A DNA stretch of 63,999 nt, counting the filler. It is 13 parts of 13 records of this genome, joined end to end, with 100 filler letters (N's around TTAATTAATTAA, not from the genome) between each part and the next. Parts side by side here need not be neighbours in the genome. Positions count along the whole stretch, not along the records: positions 32,440 to 35,561 come from SRR7504441_1943; positions 35,662 to 40,034 come from SRR7504441_1946; positions 40,135 to 43,909 come from SRR7504441_1947; positions 44,010 to 49,019 come from SRR7504441_1949; 9 more parts are not named here. One strand, written 5' to 3'. The translations under genes and the position numbers were made by a program. The notes beneath the pieces are model-generated. The model saw only the letters and a list, made by a program, of their open reading frames with translations. It was not told the origin of the DNA and made no database searches. Of the stretch, positions 33,223 through 44,331 are shown piece by piece (within the stretch, counting starts at the first letter, position 1; every line of letters begins with the position of its first letter).

Positions 33223-35561
33223 ATGGCCACCGTGCGGTCCGAGGAGCCAGGGCTCGTGTGCCTGGGCCCGACCGACAACAGCTGGTACTGCCAGCGGCTC
33301 GATGGCTCCAGCCGCCACGCCGGGCTTCCCCTGGACCTGACCAACGAGCTGGCCAGGGCTGGCGGCCCGCTGTCCCGGCTAGAGCTCGGGGCACACGGCC
33401 GGTGGTTCGGCCGGTGGGCGGACGGGTGCGTCAGTTGGAGCAGCGACCTGCCTCCGCCGTTGGCCTCCACCGTGGCCGAGTGGCCCCCGCTGCTGGTGTG
33501 CTTTGCGCAGCGCGGCGGGGGGTGGTTCGCCCGGTTTGAAGACGGCAGCTCGCTCTGGGGCGAGGTGCCGCTCGAAATGCACCAGCGGATGGAAACGGTC
33601 AGTCCCGCTAGGCAGGAGGCTGTCCCAGCTGACTCACGGTGCCAGTGTACCGTGGACTGGGTCTGGATGTCGGGCGGCGACGCCTGGCTGATCCTGACTG
33701 ACGACGGCCAGCTCCACGCCAGCGGCCAGCTCCCGTTCGGGCCGCTGGCCGCGCTCGAGGGGCTCGAGTACCTCAGCGCCTGTGGCGAGAGCTACTTTGT
33801 TCGGTCAAGCACCGGCGAGGATCCTGTAGTCCGGTGGCACTTTGCAGAGGCCTCGTATCAAGGGCTGTCCGAGGAGCTTGGGCCTAGCAGGTCGGAGGCT
33901 GCTTGCTGGCAGTGCGGAGCGTCTGGGCAGGCGCGGCGGTGGGATGCGGATGGGCGGGTGCGTGGGGCTAGAGGACGCGATCCAGACGACGGTGGCGCTT
34001 GGAAGGGAGCTGGACTCACTCACAGGCGGCCGTGCTGCTGGTATCAAGGCGTGACTGCTTGCTGGTGCAGAGCGGGAGCTGGCGGGGGAGGAGGAGCAGC
34101 AGCTACTGGTGGTATTGCTTTTGATTGTTTGGTATTATTCATCAATTAATTGGGTCAGGTGGACGACCAGATTGTTCGGATCGACGAGATCGAAGACAAC
34201 TTCATTCAGATGCTAGCTGTAATCGACTCGCCCGGCCCAGAACCTAACTGGCCGCAGGCCGACCCACTCAAACCCAAGTATTACCGCCCAGCGAGGCCGG
34301 GGCCAGAACCTGAGAGCGACCCATGTGACAAACTGGATACTGCGACTGTGCTCAGACACGCCCGGTGCCAGCTCCGATTGCGCCTTCGATAGGGGGTTTG
34401 ACGCACAGGTCGATACGGCAGCTCGCGGACGCTGAGGATGACGACATTGAGGAGGTGGTCAATGCTTGCCCGCTTAGCTAGATCAAGCAGCCCCTGACTA
34501 GCCTGGGCGCAGGAGTTCCTTGCGCTGCTCTCCCCAGACCCCATGCCCAACCCACCGGCAGCTCACCCGTCCGCTGACTGCCATGGCCTTGCGCCGTCGG
34601 CCACAGAGCCTGCAGCTGAGCACTGTGCAGTTGCGCCGGCGGCAGATGACAGCCCTCTCCTGGGGTGGCCAAGCCTCTAGTGCTGCTAGATTTTCTAAAG
34701 AGGAACTAATAGCTGAGCTACGTGCACAGGCTGCAGAAGGAGCTGAGCGAGCTGGCAAGCCTGGAGCTCAAACCGACCACGCAGCCGGGCCCGAGCAGCG
34801 CGCTGAGCATCGCGGAGGAGCTTGTGGCGGAGCTGGTGGACGGCACTGTGCAGGATGCAGCAAATCGCGAGGCGGAGAGACTACGGCAACAAGGCCCAAG
34901 TGCCTCCGCCGCCCTGACCGATGCCTCAAAGGCGCTGGGAACTGCCGAGAGGGTCGCAAACGCGAATAAATGCACAATGGCGTTGAGCTGTGTGTGGGCA
35001 GGCGCTGGCTGGGATACGGCTGCACAAGGAGCTTTTGGAGGCTGAGAGTGGGTAGGCGCTGGGCTACTAATTGGTTTACTGAGGCGGCGGCCTGTTGACA
35101 GGTCAAATAGCCCAATCAGGCGGCCGGAGATCGCGAGGGCTGCAGCGGCGGCTGCGGCAGCTGCACAAGGGAAGGAGCTAGGCGCAGCAGGTGCGGTGAA
35201 GGTTGCAGAGAGGGCTGGGAAGAAACAGGAAGCGGAGCCAGCGACAGCAACACAGGAGGGGGTAGCAAAGGAGGCAGCGGAGGAGCCAGCGGCGGAGGAG
35301 ACATTAGGGATAACTGAGGAGACGCCACTGGCCGTGGAGCAGGAGCCTGCCGCAGCAACAGAGGCAGCCGAGGCCGCGGATCTGTCAGCAGCTGAGGAGC
35401 CACTTGAAGCAGGGGATCACCCGGCCACAGAAGCAGCGGCAGCGGCTGAGCAGGAGGCTCTTAGAACTACTGCTGTTGAACCAGTTGATCCAGAAGATGA
35501 GGTTCCGGAGTTAGCTGACACGGATTTAGCCCAAATGGACGCTGTCGACGAGGAGGCTGCC
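33223..35561 (+). CDS. Hypothetical multi-exon protein, 3' partial
   Basis: N-terminal degenerate repeats (LGxxGxWFxRxxDGxxxW..LP), then coiled-coil and E/A-rich exons separated by short GT-AG introns. The model is uncertain. Confidence 0.5.
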
Positions 35562-35661
35562 NNNNNNNNNNNNNNNNNNNNNNNNNNNNNNNNNNNNNNN
35601 NNNNNTTAATTAATTAANNNNNNNNNNNNNNNNNNNNNNNNNNNNNNNNNNNNNNNNNNNN
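35562..35661. other. Artificial contig spacer
   Basis: N44-TTAATTAATTAA-N44. Confidence 0.98.
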
Positions 35662-36444
35662 GTGCGGAAGGGTGCTGATCTAGAAGATTTGTTTAATCTT
35701 GGGAAGCTGATGCTGAAATGTGTTGTCGACTCCGAGCTGCTGCCCCAGGTATTCGCACCTCATGTTCTGGATTTCGTGAGGGGCAACGACTTTGGTAAAG
35801 ACATGAGCGTGGACGATGCGCTGGCTATGCTGGAAGAATTCAGTCCCGATAAAGCTGGCTATGTTAGGAAATACATCATGAGCCCGAACATTGATGGATT
35901 AAACTTGACAGAGGACGACTTATGGCAAAATGGCTCACAGATCCCGCTCAAGGATGCAACCAAGCAGGCCCAGTTGGTTGCAGCCATTACGTATAGCCTC
36001 ATAGACATACGCAGAGAAGAGTTGTGTGCATTACGCCGAGGTTTTACTTTTGTGGATCTCACATCTCATTTATCGCTATTCAGTCTAGAGGAGCTCGGAC
36101 GAATGCTCTGCGGTTCAAGCTTTGTGGAGGCCGAGCAGCTCATCGGGCTCCTGGTGTTTGATGACCAATGCACCTCCAAGGTGTCTGATGACTTGAAGCG
36201 TTTTGTGGTCGAGTCGTCCGCTACAAGTCGGGCAGAGTTCTTATATTTTTGCACAGCACAGCGCGCCATACCGTTTGCAGGTTCGGGGATACATGTCCAC
36301 ATGCATTCTGACCCACAGCACATCCCCAACGCTTCGACGTGCACAGGGGAGCTGTGGCTCCCTCCTTGCAATGATTACAAGACATTGAACGACAAATTGG
36401 TGACTGCGCTTAAGAACGGCAACGTGGGATTCTTCCGCGAGTGA
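35662..36444 (+). CDS. HECT-domain E3 ubiquitin ligase, C-terminal part (5' partial)
   Basis: LRRGF, FSLEELGRMLCG, FLYFCT, catalytic PNASTC, LWLP, LNDKLVTAL and terminal GFFRE. Confidence 0.9.
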   Translation: MRKGADLEDLFNLGKLMLKCVVDSELLPQVFAPHVLDFVRGNDFGKDMSVDDALAMLEEFSPDKAGYVRKYIMSPNIDGLNLTEDDLWQNGSQIPLKDATKQAQLVAAITYSLIDIRREELCALRRGFTFVDLTSHLSLFSLEELGRMLCGSSFVEAEQLIGLLVFDDQCTSKVSDDLKRFVVESSATSRAEFLYFCTAQRAIPFAGSGIHVHMHSDPQHIPNASTCTGELWLPPCNDYKTLNDKLVTALKNGNVGFFRE

Positions 36445-36623
36445 TCTTTTGTTTTTGACCCGGGAACAGCTTCATTCAAATACATGTACGGTCACTAGCA
36501 TGTATTACTATGTATTACGTAGTCATGCATATGACGAATCATTATTGTACGTATCATGACATTGTATGAATTGTATACACGTATATACAATCATGTACAC
36601 GCATAATTTAAGTTTATAATATT

Positions 36624-39600
36624 TCACGTTCTCTGCAGTAAGCTACAAATGTGCTTAGGGTAGAGTTCTTGTCCCCCGGGATCCATATCTCTAGCTCTAT
36701 ACAGCACGGAGTGGGATCCTAGTGCGTGAGGCCCAGTACCACGGGCGCCCCCGTGTTTGAGAGTCGGATTTGGACTAGACGGGGGCGTGACGGCCGATTC
36801 TTGGGCAGGCCCATGCTGCATCTGGGCCCGAACAGGATCTAAGAAGATAACAACTGCACTGACATCATCACGGTAGGTCTGGGCTGCCCTTGCCCATCGA
36901 AGTGTAGCTAGTGACACCAGCATATAGCAAGCTCCTGCAGCAACGCCAGTCAGCAGGCGCAAGCTGTCGAATCACTGTTGGCGTCTGGAGTAGACCGAAC
37001 TAGCTGCACTGCCTGCTCGACAGAGACCATATCCCAAACACCGTCTGTGGCCGCAATCAACACCCGGTTCGCCTCTATTGTCTTGATGCGCACCTGTACC
37101 CATCCCCTCACGGCCGCCACAACTGAGGGCACACCGCTGGCTCCGCCTTGAGATCTCCCAGCGCCAAGCTCATCTGGCAGTCTCCCAAGGATCGGGTCAT
37201 GTTGATCCCCCACATCTTGTCAGACGACCAGACCCTGTGACACGAGTCAGTTCAGCCGTCCAGAATCGACACCGCATGTTTTCAGTGTCCACCACCCCAC
37301 TAGCCGCTTGAACTCGCTCTAGCTCGTGGCTATTGGTCAGATCATGCTTGGTAGTGAGCGCCTCTGCATCTGAGAATCAGCCGCGCCCAGATGCGGCCGG
37401 CCATACCCCACTCATCGCCTGCAGTCGGGTCGAGGCTGGCAAGGATCGCCTGCGAGTCTCCCACATTAGCCACGCAGAGCTGATCGTTTGTGAGCATGAT
37501 GCAGGTGGCGGTGGTTCCACTGATCTGCGCTGAAGGCTCTCCGGTGAGAGTGGCCTCAGTCTCAGTGAAAGCCTTGCTGCAAAGCACACCAGCCTCACAC
37601 AAAGCACCAGGCTGTGGCTCACAGCATTGCCTCTTGGGGACTGGCACCAGCGGCTAGGTAGGTCTCCACCTTGATATGCAATTGCTCCACAACTTGTTCA
37701 GCCACTACATGCCCTACAGAACACCATGCCTGAGTGGTGGGTCCTAAATTTTCTTACCATGCCGGCCATGGCCGTCTGCAACGGACAGCCAGAGGTGCTG
37801 GGGATCGACAAACGGATAGGATACTGTGACGCGATCTTGATTGGCCTTGTACGTAGAATTATCTTGCCCAGTTGGTTTGATGCCGTGATTCGAGTATGTT
37901 CCTGCAGCACATGCGTCATCAATTCAGCACCAGGCTTGATATCGCGCACCCATTATGCCTGCTGGGAGTGGTGCGCTCTCGTCCTCGGGAAAGCAAGACT
38001 CTCTCAGGGCTCCAAGCACCGCCTCCTCGCCCTTGATAGGAGAGGTGTGCGCTACCCCGTTGGCGGAGGCAAGCTGTGCTTCGAGAGTGGCAACGCTGTG
38101 TTCGAGCGAGGTCTGTTCGACCATCGCTTGGTACAACATTCCATCCAGCTCTTGCACTTCTTGACTTGCCTTCGCCTGCTTCTCGCGTGCATTCTCACTT
38201 GCTGCGCGCAGCACGGCATTCTCCTCCTTCAGATGCTCAAGCTCGGTCGTGACGGCATCCATCTGCATGATGCTTTCGAGACTGCTTTCGGCCAAGCGCG
38301 TAGCATTGTCAAGAGCAGCTTGGATCTGTGAATTCTCCAATTTCTGTATTCTAAGCTGCTCCATTAATTCAGCGCCGCTTGCGAGCTCTGCACTGTCTGG
38401 GGCATCCCTGCTAGCCACTTGTCTGGTCCGAATAGGGCTCGGGCCTGGAGTTGATTCCGAGCTCGAAGCCCTGAACGGGGATGAGTCACTCAGCGCACTC
38501 AGCGCTAAATTCTCGTGCTCAAGTTCCTCGAGTTGCTTCCTGCACAACCTAGCTCAGTCCCTGCACAGCAATCGGCGCCCGGTCCCACCTGGCGCTCACT
38601 TGGCACTCACGATTGGCCTGCTTAAAGTGCGCATTGTCTTCTTGCAGATCTTCGAGCTTGATCTGTAGCTCTGCGATCTCGGCACTGCTCCGGAGTTGGC
38701 CAGTACTCATGCTGTCATTGGCTTGTTGCAGCTGAATAATCTGAAGCTGACACCTTTGGACTTCTGCTTGCAATTCTGCGATCTCCCCGCTGGCATCCAG
38801 TGACAACTCGCCCAGCCTATCATTTGCCCGTTGCAGTTCAGTGTTCTTTGCTGCAAGTGCCTTCAGGTCAGATTCCTTTGCATTCAGCAGAGGACCACAA
38901 ACCCTGTATGCTTCATCCAATGCGGTGTACTCTTCCTCTAATATCGCCAACTGCTCCTCCAAAGCACGCACTTCTTGGCTCGGTGAGCTGCTGGCAAGAG
39001 GCTCGCTCTGCGCGTCGAGCTTCGCCTTCAGGGCTTGGCACTCGGCTCTTAAGCTCTCGAGCGCCTGGTCATGCTCCAGCTGCTCAAGGCCGTCCACTGC
39101 CTGCTGCTTGGCCGCCTCAGCCTTCTCAATCTCGGCGCCGTGGGTCTTGAGCTCATCCGCATTGGCATTCTTCATCTGCTGCAGCTGCTCGACCATCAAC
39201 GCATCCCCTCGCGCACGATCCGCCTCGACAGCCCGCAGCGCCTGCTCGGCCATCTGCCTCATATCCTCAGCATGCTCCAGGTCGGCCGTGTGAGCCAACT
39301 TTTCTTCCTCCAGCGCAACCAGCCGTGCTTCCAGCTGCGCCATTTCATCCACCACGAGCTCCTCCTCGCGCATTCGCTCGGCCCTCATTGCCTCGAGCGC
39401 CTCCTCTGCTTGGCACAGCTTGCTCTCGGTCAATTCTAGCTTCTCTCTCCACGGACCGTCCCCTTCAGTGTCTGCTGCGATAGCCCTAGCAGCTTCCAAC
39501 TCCCGCCTGAGCGCTTGGACATCTTGCTCTGCCTTGTTCTCTACTTCTACGACATTCATCTCAGCAGCTTCGAGCATCCTCCCTGCTTCTTGCCGGGCTG

Positions 39601-40034
39601 CCAGTGCAATTCGTGACTCGTGCATCCTGGCGGTCTCTGCATCCATCATCGCGTCCTCTGCCTTCTTCCTGGCCTCCTCTGCCTTCTGCCTGGCCTCCTC
39701 CATAGCCAGTATCTTATCCGAAGCCCGAAGCACCCGGTCGTCGGCCTCTTGTGCAACTGCTGCAGCTCGCTCCTCAGCTTGCTCTACCTTGAGCTGCCAC
39801 TCTTGATGCGCATGCACCACCTCCTTCAGCTGCCCTTGATACTCCCGCTTCACACCGTGCAACGCCTGAATTGCCTTCAATCGCGCCGCCTCTGCTCCAT
39901 CCATTTCGTCTTTGAATCCCTTGACCCGGATCTCGTGCACAGTCTCCATCCGCTCCATCTCCTTCACCATGATTTGCTCTTCGCGAAGGCGGTCAGCTTT
40001 CATCGCTTCCAGCTCCTCCGCTCCCCGCCGCGCC
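36624..40034 (-). CDS. Long coiled-coil protein with a C-terminal PP2C (PPM) phosphatase domain, 5' partial
   Basis: After splicing: KANQDR, VADGHGRHG, SGTTAT, VANVGDS, GINMTRSLGD, ATDGVWD and RDDVSAVVI, preceded by more than 600 aa of heptad-rich sequence. Confidence 0.88.
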
Positions 40035-40134
40035 NNNNNNNNNNNNNNNNNNNNNNNNNNNNNNNNNNNNNNNNNNNNTTAATTAATTAANNNNNNNNNN
40101 NNNNNNNNNNNNNNNNNNNNNNNNNNNNNNNNNN
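40035..40134. other. Artificial contig spacer
   Basis: N44-TTAATTAATTAA-N44. Confidence 0.98.
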
Positions 40135-40352
40135 GTTATGTGGGTCTACGGGCTCCGACTTTCTGATAAATGTACTGCTGAAAGTTCTTGTTGTAAGAGT
40201 ACTCGAATTTATGATCTGCTTGAATCTAAACTTTATATAATACTATGATCATTATGATATGACTGTTGTTGAATCGTAGATGTAGCTGAATATTATTGTC
40301 CATCCTCGACCGTACCTCGATAGGCCGCCAGTTCAAAAAAATCAGCTCATGA

Positions 40353-40438
40353 GAGAACCCAATTGATCTCAAGACTGACAGGACAGAGTCTGTGAACTAG
40401 ATTGTCACAGACTCGGTCTTCAAATCAATTGGGTTCTC
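40353..40438. repeat. Imperfect inverted repeat (hairpin) around a stop codon
   Basis: GAGAACCCAATTGAT..AAGAC..GAGTCTGTGA (40353-40395) pairs with TCACAGACTC..GTCTT..ATCAATTGGGTTCTC (40405-40438). Confidence 0.9.
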
Positions 40439-43400
40439 CCCTGGTACGCTTTGTGAGACACTTTCTTCCCCTCTCGTCCCTTCTGGCACCGGTGCCGGAT
40501 CAGCTGGGAAGTACTTTCGCTCTCGAAGGAATGCCACAGGCGCACTCTGTGACATCTTATTGGCTGAAACAGGCGTGTCCGAACCGCTTGGAGGGAAGTC
40601 ATGAAACTGGAATTCGGTTTCTCTCTCACCCGCCTCTACATCGCCCGATTTTTTCGTGCTTGTAGGAGAGGTGCCCTTGCTGGACTGCCTTGAGTTGCGT
40701 TTAAACTCACGGTGGGTTGAGGTGAAATCTTTCCGCGCGGACGTGTAGTTTGCCTTGTCGTAATTCTCACAACGCGTTGAGAATTCGGTATATGTTGCGC
40801 CCACTGTCTTGAGCCGCCGCCGAGGCAGATCCTTCTTCAGTGCCAAGAAATATACCCAGCCGTATGAGTATCTGCACGCTAGTTAGTCTCAAATCGGCTC
40901 TGAACGCACCGGGCCAGAAGCAGCAACAAGACTTCAGGGATGGAAATCACCAATAAAAAGTTGCCTTGTCCCCATGTTAGCATCGGCCAGAATTCGAGGG
41001 CATTTTTGGTCCCTTGGAATAGCGTGCTTGGTGTGGCGCCTATCAATACCTGCGTCTTGGAACCATCCGTGAACAGCCCTCCATGCTTGATGGTGACGAG
41101 CACGTTTACAAGCAGAAACATGAAGACCGCAGTAACATGCTGAGCTGGGCTGCCACATGCATACTTGGGGGCCGAGGCTTGGAACCTGGACAGCGGAAGA
41201 TTAGTTGTGTGCAAGCTGGCAGGAGACACCTCAGGTGATAGTGCATAGCTCGCTGGGTGAGATATAAGGTAAGCATCGAGCTCAACATTGAGAGGCCTGT
41301 GAAACCCATGATGATCCGCGCCACGCCAGTCAAGTATCTGTGCATAACCTCAGTGCCTAGCTGAGGTTGGGCTAGCCTCTCACATCAGGTCGTAGTAATG
41401 TTCGATAGAATCGAATGGAGGAAGCTGGTAAGCGTCATCAAGATCCTTCTGGGTGGTTCCATTCGAGCTGAACTTTTGCTTCAACCAAAGCTGGCAAACA
41501 CCCAAATAGTCAGTTAGCCTGCAGTGTGGCAGGGGCGCCTTCCAGACTGTGAGCAGACGGAGGAGCGGTGGTTTGACAAGAATGATGAAAGGAAAGATGA
41601 CGCAATACATATAGAAGGCCACGCCAGTGACTGTGGCAAGAGCAAGCTCGTCAGAGGCGCAGAAACCAGCAAAGATCGTTGCCGAAGCAGCCATCACCTG
41701 TCCGAGGTCTCTGATGTGGCCTTGCGTGGCCAGCGCAGTACCTGAGCGGGGAGATAGAACATGCCTACGATTGTGGACCATACAATGCACCGCGACACCA
41801 CATAAGAATACCGGGTTCGAGTATTGAAGTGCCCAATGACCTTCTCGAGGATTGGCGGCATTGCGAGCGCAACCACCAGGGCAAGCGCCTGACCACTCCA
41901 CATCAGGCTTAGCTCACCAGCCGTCATGGATGCCTGGAAGCTGTACGATGTGCTCAATGTAGAGACTTGCTCATTATCTGCATTGTTGACTTGCTCGCCA
42001 GAGAACCGTTTTGGATTAAATGGGTTGACGCCAAACTCGTTGCAGTAAAGGCCATACAGGATCAAATATGATGAAATCAGGATCAACACAACCAAAGCGA
42101 GCAGTCCATATTGTGCCCACGAATTGAGGTGTTCTGCCCTACTCCAGGCGTAGCACTTGTATAGGAGCTCACCTAGCCAGCAATTCTCAATTGGCCAGGG
42201 CGAGCAAAACTCACAAGGAGGGCCAGCGGGCATGACTCTGCACTTGTGGCCGTCTCTCATCTCCAGCGCAGTCAACCACGACCTCCGTGTAGATGCTATG
42301 TGAGTAATACCAAAGAAATTGGGCGAGAAGTGCGCCATTAGTACCTGGCCCCAAACTGGCTCAGTGCAGCCCAGGGCCTCTTGGTTGCCTGGTCGTGCAT
42401 TGCCACTGTGTGAAAGCACACCAGCGCCACACAGTGGGACAGTCTATCGTCGGCCACCTTCTCCTCCTCGTCCTCCTCTTCATCGTCAGGATCAGGGAAC
42501 GAAGACTCGATGAACAACACCTTGGCCACACTCAGCTCCGGATCCTCGGCCGCGAACGCATCCAGGATCTCGTCCTCGGTCACGTCGAGCGGCAAGTCGC
42601 GCAACTGCCGCACCCTCAGGCAACCGGGTGCGCTAAACCAACCTCCACAGTGAAGTCATCCATCCCAATCGGGTGGTCAATCATTACATCATGAGCAGAA
42701 TGGCGGAAGCAGGCCCAGAGCAGCACAGCAGCGAGCATGAGCATCCGCATAGTGAGCACGAACCGGATCCAGCCGTCTCGCCACGAGTGCCCGTCCGGAT
42801 CGTCGGCATTTATCCACGAGGTTCGCCAGAGCACGTAAGTCTGAAACTTGACCCTGTCTTGGATGCCCTGGTCTTTAAAGTAAACATCGGTGCTGTTGTC
42901 GGTCATCCCGTCAAATATGAGAGGGAGCATCAGCACAAACAGGATCACGCTGAAATAGAAGGCGACTGAATAGAGTTGCTCGAGCGCCCGCAGCTCTGGC
43001 AGATATGAGAGCAGCGCCCGCTCGTGCGAGGTCTTTATGCTCTGCTCGCTGGCCTTCTCCTGGAAGTCTGGCTTGGAGAGCACGTTCCTGTACGTCTTGT
43101 GGATTGCGCCCGGGCACCAGCGCACGTCCTTGGCTTTATAATAGAGCGGCCGGTACAGGTTGCTCCTGCGCTGGGCCACCGCTGTGTCTAGATGCGGCAG
43201 CAGCCAGCCGACGTACTGGTCGAGCATCGAGCCGGCCCGGCACGAGAAGAGCCGCTCGAGGCAGTTGAGCGGGGTGGCCTCCTCGATCTCGATCCCGCTC
43301 TCTAGCAGCTCCGGCGACGGCTGCCAGCATGCCGAGTCCGGCTCATAAACCGTGCCCGGCCGGAGTGCGTGCGTGAACACCACAGAGTAATCGTCGTCCG

Positions 43401-43909
43401 GCACAAACTCGGGCGCCTCCTCCCACTCTTCGTCCGGCTTCAAATCTAGCAGCGGCTCACCCAGGTCGTTGCTCAGCCTCTGCCGATCGCGAGCCCCACG
43501 AAACCAGTTCTCAGACCAGCTCCTGCGGGCCTCCTTCCGCCGGATGCTCATATCCGATCCGGCAAGGCTCCAAAAGGACATCTCCTCCTCCGGTAAGATC
43601 GGCTCGACCTCGGGGCCCCGCCCGCCGGTGAGCCACGCCCAGAGCACCCTCACTCTGCGCGGCGCCCCGTAGATGGATGCCACCCCGACCGCGGGCAGAA
43701 AGGCCAGCGCAATCAGTACGGTCGCCAAAGACTCGTACGGGGCGTTCAGCGTGGGCCAGTTAAAGCGGCCGTCATCAATCCCGGAATCGGTCTTTGCCAA
43801 CGAGCACTTGTCGATGGTCGGATGCGACGTCGGTCCTCCGGTCGGGCTGCCGGTCGGTCCCCTGATGGGAGGAAGAGTAGTCGGGCTGCCCGTGGTCGGG
43901 CTGCCCGTG
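40397..43909 (-). CDS. Multi-pass membrane protein, OSCA/TMEM63-TMC-anoctamin superfamily-like, 5' partial
   Basis: DFTVE-LRDLPLDVTEDEILDAF (RRM-like loop), ALVCF, VMPAGPP, TQKDLDDAYQLPPFD..HY and many TM helices. TGSPT-repeat stalk at the 5' end. Confidence 0.65.
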
Positions 43910-44009
43910 NNNNNNNNNNNNNNNNNNNNNNNNNNNNNNNNNNNNNNNNNNNNTTAATTAATTAANNNNNNNNNNNNNNNNNNNNNNNNNNNNNNNNNNN
44001 NNNNNNNNN
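43910..44009. other. Artificial contig spacer
   Basis: N44-TTAATTAATTAA-N44. Confidence 0.98.
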
Positions 44010-44331
44010 CTACGCCCGCTCTCAGGCTGGACCCATCAAAATTGTCAGAGTCACTGACGACGCAGGGGCTGTTAAGGAGATGCGGACCTCTGTGCTGAGA
44101 CCACTAGCATACGATCGCCCTGAACGATCCAACTGTGGATGTTTGGACCGGTTCAAGTGCCTGGATAGCTGGTCCAATTTTTACTGGTCTATTTTTAAGA
44201 ATCGGTTATTTTTAGCAACCAGTAATAGGCCCTAAACCTTATTTAATTAAGACCAAGGGATAAGAGCTTTTGTGTACATGCTTCATGTGTTCTATCCGGA
44301 CTCGGACTGCGGAACAAATGGGTTAGGGGTT

